Assembly (NCBI GenBank): GCA_051294375.1
Contig: CM119268.1
Location: 9,188,718-9,252,717, forward strand
Direction of reading: 5' to 3'
DNA length: 64,000 nucleotides
Origin: Paraspadella gotoi
Lineage: Eukaryota > Animalia > Chaetognatha
The translations under genes were made by a program, and so were the position numbers. Each line of letters opens with the position of its first letter. Within the stretch, counting starts at the first letter, position 1. This document shows positions 54,920 through 64,000 of the stretch, one piece after another. Below the pieces are notes generated by a model. The model was not told where the DNA came from. It worked only from the letters and a program-made list of their open reading frames with translations, and ran no database searches.

Positions 54920-56656
54920 ATGCACGACGCCATTCTCTCCGCGAGCAACGCCACCTGTCCCGAACGGCACTACACTCAGCGCCTCTTCGCGTCCTCCGGC
55001 GCCGTCGTTCTTATTATCGGCGTCGCCGCTAGCGTCGCTTCCATCGTCGTGTGGACGTCTTTGATCCGTCGTCACCGGGGCATGACGGTGACGGTGTGGG
55101 CGACGGTTCTGGTTGTCATCGAAGCCACGAACATCTTCCTCCTCGTGGTCGACGGTTTCCGCTACGTCGTCCCCGCCTTCATGGTCGTCTTAGGCGGAAA
55201 ATGCGACGCCGGGGATATGGTCTTCCACTATCCCATCTTCTGGCGCCAGATGTTTCCTTATCTCTGGGGGACGTTCTATCCGCTAGAGCAGGTGGCGCTA
55301 TTCGCCCACCAATGGATCCACTTGCTCTTGTCAACGGAGCGCTACCTCCATGTGTGTCAACCCTTTAAAATCAGGCGCCAGTTGACCCGGCGCCGGGCAT
55401 TGGCGGGCGTGGGGGCGATAGTAGCAGCGTCGACGGCGTGCTGCGTCCCTTACTGGTTCGAGTATCGCATCCGCGTTTATCGAGACAAATCGCGTTGCTA
55501 CGGCGTCGACTATTGCGCCCAATCTACGCAGACGACGCTGCGCGAGGACGCCTGCTACATCCTTCTGTATCGTATCGCCTTCCACGTGCTCGTCAAGTAT
55601 CTCGTGCCGTGGACGCTGGTGACGCTGCAGACGGCGGCCGTGGTTCGCGTTCTCAAACGCATCTCCAACTCTGTCGTAGACGATTCCAACATCCGCGGCT
55701 CCATCGTCTCTGTTTCGTCGGTCTCACTCGGCGCGAAGGACGCCGTCGGAGGGACGACTCCGCGCCGAAAACGCGGGAGTATCGGGTCGGGCGGAAATGA
55801 GGCTGAGCAGTCGACCTTGTCTTCCAAGCTCGATCGAAAAGTAACGAACCTCTGCTTCGCCATCGTCTTCATGTTCTTCATTTGTCAACTGCCCCACGGA
55901 ATCTGGTTGGCACTCTCCGGCTTCACGCTTCCATACGGCAGGGGTCAAAATTTAGGGCGTTTCCAATGCGCCGGCGACACTCGCGGCTTTCTACGCGTTC
56001 ATTTTGTCAACGGCAGTGCCGGCGCCACCAGCGGCGTTGATTCCGCCGATTCGGTGCCGCGCCTGGCCTTTCGTTCGGGAGCGGAGGGCGAGCGGCGCCG
56101 CCGTTGGCGTGCCACAAGTCCAGACTTACCTCAGAGAATCTACTGGCGTTTTAACGATCCCATCGCGTCCGGGGTCTACAAACTCGTCTTTAACGTTGAA
56201 CTCGATTGCTCCCACATTCTTCCGCGGATTTCCTGCTTTCGCTTCGACGCTCTGACGTCCGTGGACGACGACTGCGGAGATTGGGAGGCGCGTCCGGCGC
56301 TCGACGGCCACGATCGCGCCTTCGACTGTTGCGACAGGAAGTGGAAGTTTTTCTTTGTCGCGAGAGAGAAGACGCGCTGCTTCGGCGTCCGAGTGACGCG
56401 TGGCGACGTGGAATGCCGCGTCAACGCCACCGTCACCAACGTAATTCTTTATCGTCATCAGCAAAGGACGGTGCCGGCTGCGCCGCACAAGAATCTAGCA
56501 GTGTTGGTGTACGACATGCTCGAGGATTACGTGGCCTTGGGAACTATACTACTGCTGCTGCTCACGCCGACCGTAGATCTTGTCATTTTCTCGTTGTTCT
56601 ATCCGCCTTTTCAAACTGAATTGAGAAGGATATTTATTCCGAGGATAATGAAATAA
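54920..56656 (+). CDS. Class A GPCR (FMRFamide/peptide-receptor-like), intronless, 578 aa, with ~200-aa ECL3 insert
   Basis: Seven hydrophobic segments; STERYLHVCQPF (DRY-type), P.WFEY after TM4, FFICQLP in TM6, TM7 plus helix 8 (PPFQTELRRIF). Confidence 0.93.
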   Translation: MHDAILSASNATCPERHYTQRLFASSGAVVLIIGVAASVASIVVWTSLIRRHRGMTVTVWATVLVVIEATNIFLLVVDGFRYVVPAFMVVLGGKCDAGDMVFHYPIFWRQMFPYLWGTFYPLEQVALFAHQWIHLLLSTERYLHVCQPFKIRRQLTRRRALAGVGAIVAASTACCVPYWFEYRIRVYRDKSRCYGVDYCAQSTQTTLREDACYILLYRIAFHVLVKYLVPWTLVTLQTAAVVRVLKRISNSVVDDSNIRGSIVSVSSVSLGAKDAVGGTTPRRKRGSIGSGGNEAEQSTLSSKLDRKVTNLCFAIVFMFFICQLPHGIWLALSGFTLPYGRGQNLGRFQCAGDTRGFLRVHFVNGSAGATSGVDSADSVPRLAFRSGAEGERRRRWRATSPDLPQRIYWRFNDPIASGVYKLVFNVELDCSHILPRISCFRFDALTSVDDDCGDWEARPALDGHDRAFDCCDRKWKFFFVAREKTRCFGVRVTRGDVECRVNATVTNVILYRHQQRTVPAAPHKNLAVLVYDMLEDYVALGTILLLLLTPTVDLVIFSLFYPPFQTELRRIFIPRIMK

Positions 56657-56991
56657 ATTTAGCCACTTAGCCTAATCATTTCTCTCCCCTTGAGCTTCAG
56701 GCGTTTTAATCACTAATCTCTGTTATTTATTAGGAAGATAAGGATCTGATTTCTTCTCCGAAACAAAGTGCGTAAATTGAAACTGAACCTTAAGAAAATG
56801 TGGTTATTGGCAAAACTGATAAAGAACAAACGTCTCAAAGAACACAAAAGATGGAATCTGAAGACTGAAGCTGGAAAAACTTGTTTTTTTACAACGACCT
56901 CAACTTAGAATAACGAACGACTTTAATTAGAGATTCGATTGACGATCTAAGAATAGCAACGTCGGCCATCTTCGTCATCGGTAAATCGGTC

Positions 56992-59328
56992 ATGGAGTCA
57001 TCAGTCGACGTCACCGCTCAACGTTTCCTCGGTTACGCGGGCGCCATTTTGATTCCCTTCGGCGTCGTCACCTCCTCGGTCAGCATCGCCGTTTGGCTTC
57101 GACTCGCACGCAACACAAAATCAGCGGCGGTTTCCGTTTGGGCTGGCCTCGTCCTGGTCGTTGTCGGCGCCAACCTTTCTCTCTGCTTCCTCGCCGCCTT
57201 CACCGACGTCTTCCCGGCGCTGCTCATCAACTCGGAGAGCGCCGTTAGAGCGGAGGGTATGGTCGGCGGCGCGCCCTCCTATTGGCGCGACGTCTTTCCG
57301 AAGATGTGGCTGTTTTTCTACCCGTGGGAACAGGCCACGCTCGTCGTCCACCAGTGGACCAACCTCCTACTCTCCACGGAACGCTACCTCTTTTTTTGCC
57401 AGCCCTTCAACGCCAAACGGGTGGTAACGCGGCGGCGAGCGAGAACTGCCGTCGGCGTTGTGGTGGCGTTCTCGGTCGTAGCCTCCGCGCCATTCTGGTT
57501 CGAGTACCACAACTGCGCACATCCACCGGTTTGTCACGGCGAAAGGTTCTGCACTCCTGCCATCCAGACGGAAATGAGGGAAGATGGAGTCGTAGCACTG
57601 AATAAAAAATGAAACTAGTAATTAGCATATATTTTGAAAACAGACATTTGAAGGAAATATAAACTTTAAAAATTACAATAACGCATGTATACGTATTACT
57701 GCAGTAACAAGTAACATATACATGTACATATACATGTACAGATCTTAATTATTGATATAAAGATATAAAGATACCTAGGCTAATCTAGCACACGAAAATA
57801 ATCCATTCATTTTATTATTATTTTCGATTCATCAAACTTTATAGACTACTTCCTACTCTCAGGGAAGATCATTGCTACATCCTGATTTACCGAGTGGTGT
57901 TTCACACTGTGGCCAAATACGTGATCCCTTGGAGTCTCATCCTTCTCCAAACGGTCGCCGTGTGCCGAGAGTTATACCGCATCGACCGACTCAAACGAAA
58001 AGTGTCGGCGGTGTTGTTCGTTTGTTCGATCTCATCTTCGGCTTCGGAAAATAAATCCGTGGTGGTCGGGCAGAAGGAATCCACGAGCGCGAAAAAACAT
58101 CGGGGTTTCAGGTTGTGTTAAGTCGATTGCATTGCAACCAGCTTCTATCGATTGAGTTAATTTGTTTTTCTTATAAAAAAAAAAATCCGACAGACCTGAA
58201 ACGTCACATCACCGTAAACTTGCACGACTCTCGATCGCCGTCGTCGCCACCTTCTTCGTTTGTCAACTCCCTCGAGCCGTCTTCCTAGCCAAAGTCGCCT
58301 TCACGCTCCCCAACGACGAAGAGTTTCGACTGAGCGACCTCCACTGTTTCGACGAGAAAGCTAATGACGATCGCGACGACCATTTCGTGAAATACGTTGA
58401 CGAGAAGAACGAAACAGTTAGGCAATTTGTTGTATTGATCTTTTTCAATAGTAGACAATCAATCAATCGTTCAATCTTTCGAATGAAAGAATAAAATTAA
58501 ATATTAGGAAAATATTATCGATTTCCCCCACCATCAATTAGTCAACGGCTTGAAATAAATGTTATGTATGAAATGTATGAAATCGAGATGGAAATGGGTG
58601 ACATCACTTTAATCTTTAGCATTTCTTCCCAGGAAATAGATTATATCGGCGGCCAAGCTGGTGCTTCAAGTTTACTTGGCTACGGATGCCTACCGGAATC
58701 AGCATTTCACTTTAACTCAAGCGGGCAATTCACTATCTGCGGCGGATGGAAAGCCACTTCGAGCCGCCTTCCTCAGTTACTGTTTTACGATTTCGGAGCC
58801 CCTCTCCCGACAGGATCTTTTAATATATCCTTCGGCCGATCTTCGATCTTCTGCTCGAACGATTCAACGTCGTCCATGGAGATCGTCGACGACTCGTGTC
58901 GCCGACATCGGCCCGTGCTTTCCAGCGACGCCGGCTGCAATGCCTCGTCGACTTGGCAACCACCTAAGACGATACAAAATAGCGAAGAGGGAGACCGGAT
59001 GACGATCCACTTTGACCACAACTCCAGCGTCAGGTGCTTCGGAATCTTAGTCGACGAAGGGCTGCAACGTCGGAACGACAGTTTCCAGTCGAGGGAAATC
59101 TCTGACTTATGGATGTGGAAAATTGAAAGCCGATCGAGATCAAGTCACAAGAATTTAGCGGAGGTCGTCTTCGCTGCAGTGAACGATCCGCTGGGAGCCG
59201 TTAGCGAAGTTCTCTTACTCCTCAATCCGATTTTTGATTTCGTTATCTTTTTCAAGTTGTACAATCCGTTCAAAAAGGAACTGGATCGGTTACTCCGCAG
59301 TCCGCACCAGTCGTCGGAAATGGCTTGA
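56992..59328 (+). CDS. Paralogous class A GPCR, ~584 aa; exons 56992-57578, 57863-58111, 58194-58416, 58633-59328
   Basis: Collinear with the upstream paralog (STERYLFFCQPF, PFWFEY, KYVIPW, FFVCQLP, HKNLA, LLNPIFDFVIF). Intron 1 needs a GG donor. Confidence 0.88.
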
Positions 59329-59583
59329 TTTTTTTGTTGTTGTTGTAGTAACCTTTTAAAAATAAATGTGCCTATATCTATGTGAAGTAACATTCGGAAT
59401 ATGAATGCTGAAATTTAATTGCTCACTCTTGATTTATTAATTGATTCTCATTGTCTATTCGAATTTTTGATTATAACAAGACAATCTTAACTAAATTTTA
59501 GAGTAAATTTTAATTTTAATTGTTATTTAGTAAATAGCAGAAAGATTTTCAACTGAAGTTTTTTAAAGTTAATTACATGTTCT

Positions 59584-59865
59584 CCCGATATATGTGGAAT
59601 TATGAATAAGGCACTTAGTGAGCAGAAGAGTGCTATCCGCAACTTCTTTAACCGCCTCAGGCAGCCATGGAACGGCTGCTGGGCTTGGAACCAGGCTTGA
59701 GAGTTTTCGAGGGCCCTAAGGGGGTTCACGGTGGTCATTACGCTTCCCGCCCGGTAGGTACCTGGTTGGGATTGAACCCGGTACCTAAGGGCCTTCAGCT
59801 GATGGCTTTACTCAAGGAGCCAGCGGGTTAAGACTGAAGGAGTCATGCTTATAGGCGGGGTGAAC
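59584..59865 (-). mobile_element. tRNA-derived (SINE-like) repeat, family 1, cleanest copy
   Basis: Minus strand TGGCTCCTTGAGTAAAGC (A-box-like) and GGGTTCAATCCC (B box); homologous to 8110-8400. Confidence 0.75.
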
Positions 59866-59969
59866 TTATATGTAGTATATGTACTATATATATACATAGC
59901 GGAATTCGTTCGTGTTTATCTGTTTTGGAAGCGATTGAAAAAATATATACGTTTACGTGTAACTAACTA

Positions 59970-60703
59970 CAGTGTGTCCCAATGGTACTGTCTGTTAAGA
60001 AAAGCTTACTGCTCCTATACCAGATCGAGAATATACCCACAATTATGGACCATTTTATAGGATACTTAAATTTTAAAAATTGAACAAAGCAAACTCCTAT
60101 AGTTATTACATAAAGCAATAAGTAAAAAAAAATTTTCAGTGATTTTTTTAAAAAAATTCTTATATTATATATTTTTTAATATTTATAAAATATTTTTTTA
60201 TAATATTGATTAAATAATGTTTTAAATCTTTTCTTTAGACGCAGGACAGTAAGAAACTACCTCATATTTTTAGCTCCAGAGCTTTTATAATTTAGTAATC
60301 ATTATTTTTAAAATTATCTACTTACCTTGTTTATATTACTTTTTTAATTGATTTAATAATAATTTATTAAATAAATAGCAACAGTTTTGTTTTATTAATA
60401 CATTTATTTTATACAAATTTAAATTTAAATAATTTATATCTATTTAAAATATTTTTTACGTCATTTTTTTAATAAATTTTATTTAAAAATAAAAAAAAAT
60501 ATCTAAAAATTAAAAAAATTAGAAATTATGACTCATTTAAATTGAATGTTCTGCAAAGAAAAATTGATAAAAATTGAATTCGAAATACAGTATCAGAAAT
60601 GGTAAGAACTTATCTTTGACATTGTTATCTCAGAAATAAGATTTAATAACACAGTTCCGCCCAATATGTAAAAGTTAACCGACAGTACCATTGGGTCACA
60701 CTG
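59970..60703. mobile_element. Tc1/mariner-type MITE, 734 bp
   Basis: 29-bp TIR CAGTGTGTCCCAATGGTACTGTCTGTTAA (27/29 match), TA on both flanks, AT-rich non-coding interior. Confidence 0.92.
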
Positions 60704-60812
60704 TATCATATCATTTATGTATATTTAAACTCAATGAAGTGATGCCTGCTAATGTTACCTGTAGTATTTACTCGAGTGGAATATCTCTTGAAAAAATGTT
60801 TGCATTGTGCAG

Positions 60813-62290
60813 GAACTGGTGTCTTCAAACGGCGGCATCGATTACGAGGACGTTCCACCGGGAATAGGAACTTACCATCACATTCCTCTAAATACCTACA
60901 CCCATTTGCCCCCAAACTCGACCCCCACCATCATTCCAAATCAGGTGATTAGAAGAAATTCCGAGGCAAATAATTTATCTTTTATGAAATTGGTACAACG
61001 AATATAAGTTATCTCGCCCCTGACTCTGGACAGTGGACAGTGGACAGGGTATGGTGGGTTATGGCCTTATCGATGATTTATTTTTCTTATTTACCCAGTT
61101 GACAAACGGATTAACAAGCCTCTCCTATCATCCTCATCATCCCTTGCGTCAAAGCACCATCGCTCCACACCTCGCTCACATCGCCTCGCCCCTTCATCAA
61201 TCCCATCACCACTTCTCTGGAGTGGGCACACTTCCCAACCACCATCATCACCAATTAACGCCGCAAAGGAGTCATCTCAGGTCAGAAATTGTTGAGAGAA
61301 TGTTTACTGTTTATCGAGCGAACCTTCCAGAAATCCATAAGTAACCAAAGATAATAACAACAATTTTATTAATTCAACTGGCAACAGGTCGCAGCTTTCG
61401 CTGCAGGACGCTTGCGGCGAATTGGTGGAGCTGAATGACTCTAAGGCTTCTGAACTGGCGCCGGCGCGCGACGGAGGCACGCCCACTTCCCTCGGAGGGG
61501 GCGTTGACAAATCACGCGACGTTTGGTACTCCAACTTCATGAAGATGGCTCGAGCCCTTCACTCGCTCCAGAATGAGCACAGGGGTATGAGGCTACAATT
61601 ACAATATGATATATTATACAATATTATATACAATATTATATATTATATTGGTTGCACCAATTTCATATATATGTATAGAATATATATATATTATTATATA
61701 ATAGCCATATTACGTGCCTAACTTGTCATTCATCTGTATTAAGATAAAAAACATTCACAACTAAAGTTCTACCAAGTGTTTTCCATCTTATTTTAGTTTG
61801 ATTTTTAATTAGCTTATTACATTTCCATAATTCCATATGTATTTTATAGAGCATTCACGTAAAACTGTATTCGTTCGAATATTGAATATGAATGATACTT
61901 TTTAGTAATTTGACCCCAATTCAATTACTCATTTCGTTTTATTTCCAGGTTTCTTGCCTCTCGAGGAAGCTTTCAAACAAATCAGAAGCTACAACTTAGT
62001 CTACGAATTGCATCTCTCCGATGATCAGGTTGATTTCGCTGTAGAAATTTTAAAAATTAGGATAATCAATATCATGTACATGAAATGGTTCAAGGTTAAA
62101 TAAATTGTTCATTCAGTAATTAACTAATCATTTTTATGGTAAAATTATTCAAAAAGTAAAATAAGTAAACTCAAGTTTTTTCCATTTCTTTTCTCAGGTC
62201 GAGGGGGCAATCGCGAAATGCTCTAACGGTCTCCACGTTGACGTAGATCCATTGCTGAGGATTCTCGCAATGGACACCACCTTCGTGTGA
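60813..62290 (+). CDS. C1orf87-like (EF-hand-like) protein, 5' end unresolved; exons 60813-60944, 61099-61340, 61388-61584, 61949-62028, 62198-62290
   Basis: In-phase GT-AG splicing; C-terminus WYSNFMKMARALHSLQNEHRGFLPLEEAFKQIRSYNLVYELHLSDDQVEGAI...PLLRIL resembles the C1orf87 C-terminus as recalled (W..F.K...AL......G.L..E.A...I..YNL.Y.L.LS). Confidence 0.7.
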
Positions 62291-63060
62291 CGTTCGAACC
62301 CGAAGCCTCTCGAAAAAACTGACGGAATAGAAAAAGCTCTCGGTGTAACTGTAATTGCAGCGCCTCTAATCTTTGTGACTTGTCTTTCTCTGACGCCGTT
62401 TATGGTTTTTTTTTTTCTCTCTGACACGGAGCAATGAGCGAAATATTTTGATTTATTAAATATAATATCACGATGTTATGACGGTATACTTTTCGAATAT
62501 TTGTAAAAAATGTTTTAATTCGTTGTTTGATCCCCACAAATTGAATTGTTGTAAATTCATATTACAATCGTTTTACATTTGTACCTCACAAAAAAGTACC
62601 GATTGGGTAAAACACATTTTCTTTCTACTTGAACGAGAGGAATACAGTGTTCCAGATTCAGAATTTAACTTCCAGTAAAAAAAAAATCTAGAATGAAATT
62701 TGTTTGGATGATGATTTATAATGATTACGGAAGAAACATCAACGCCATGCCCGCCATAAGCAGACAGATGCTCGGACTGAGATTAGGACATAGGCAATAG
62801 GCATGGCGTTAAAATTGACATCATATAGAAATATCAAATTTTTTAACCAAATTTTTACTCCTCTGAGTACTTCTAGAGATAGTTTAAAATAATGGTAGTT
62901 AGTGCCGTTAGTGCGGGGAAAATTATACATTCACCGTTTAAGATCTTCCCAGTGGGTTATTTTTTTCTGCACTAACGTAAAAAAATTTATTCCGCGAAAA
63001 AAAAACAATGTGAAGAGACAGATATAATTGTTAGTGACATAACTGCTATGGCTATGCCTA

Positions 63061-63133
63061 TGCGGCCAACAGGTTAGATCCCCGGACCTTTGGGTTGGAA
63101 GGCGAATGACTGGCCTCCTTCACCAATGGCCAC
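63061..63133 (-). pseudogene. Degenerate tRNA-like sequence (TCC in anticodon position)
   Basis: 7-bp acceptor stem GTGGCCA/TGGCCGC plus A, CTTCCAA loop, AGGTC variable region; anticodon and T stems are damaged. Confidence 0.5.
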
Positions 63134-64000
63134 TGATGAAGGGTTGGAGGATTTTACTCCACCATAAATCCCCCCTCCCCAAGGGAGAAGTCTGTTGCGT
63201 GAAACGTGAAACGTTGGTGGAAAGTTCTTCACCAACTTGAGGCACATCGCCTGAAGATGTGTTATTAACGGAATGCATGTCGCCAAGATGAGGCATGTCG
63301 TCTGAGAGTGTTGTTTCTGTTATGATCGGAGGTTGAGCTCACCAATGAATAGTTGAGTGAGTGACAGAACCATTCAATAGAGGCGCCTTTATGCAGGTCC
63401 CTGAGCTTTGGATCAGGCTGTAACACCGTGTTACAGGCGTAGTTTTTCAGTATTTTTTTAAAAAACGCTAAAAGATCCGGGTCAGCGGAGGAAAAATTTT
63501 GCCCTCATTTATCCTGGATGACCCGCTAGGCGAAAGTAAAATTTTTCCATAACTTTTTTTAAGAGATGCAGATGGTTTAATCTTTCTTGCTTCAAGTCTT
63601 CAATCAACTCAAGTTGCGGCGAAGGAGAAAAACTAGAGACTGAATGTCTTTTGTTATTATATAGCGACAATAATTATAACTAATTTACGACTTAGTTACT
63701 TGCCTTTGATAAAACACAAAAACACTTTACAATTGAGTGCTGTGTCAAATTGTTAAAGTAAATTATTCATTTGAAAGAACCACTAAAAAGATATGTTGAT
63801 ACAGTTTCTTCTGGTATCTCTATTATCTTATTTATTTGTATTTTTATTGACACGGTGCGCAGTTCAAATGAGGGAGAATTTTTGTTTTGACAATCCATAA
63901 AAAAATTTAGGTGTTATTAAATTTATAGTTTACCTTTCGTTTTGTTGGTTAAATTTAGATAAGATATTTCACAACGAGTTTTTATTATTATTACAGACAT

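Noticed and set aside
63120-63245. Hammerhead ribozyme (CTGATGA...GAAAC plus stem)
   Set aside because: The required GUH after stem III and a stem I partner are missing, and stem II is not closed properly.

Overview
Eukaryotic (invertebrate-animal-like) genomic DNA with GC-rich exons, AT-rich short introns and abundant (AG)n and (GAC)n microsatellites. The first ~26 kb is mostly noisy fold-back and direct duplications around N gaps, probably amplification or raw long-read artefacts, with no identifiable gene. The right half holds a smoothelin-like CH-domain gene (-), three tightly packed intronless secreted C-type lectins with odd low-complexity N-termini (-, two also present as an inverted copy), a 3-domain gelsolin/severin-like gene (-), two tandem class A GPCRs (+) and a C1orf87-like gene (+), plus MITEs and tRNA-derived repeats. 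The most striking signal is that both GPCRs carry a ~200-aa insert in extracellular loop 3 that resembles an F5/8 type C (discoidin) domain. Splicing also looks unusual, with GC and GG donors, AAG acceptors, and two introns associated with 9-10 bp direct repeats. All family calls were made by eye; no searches were run.
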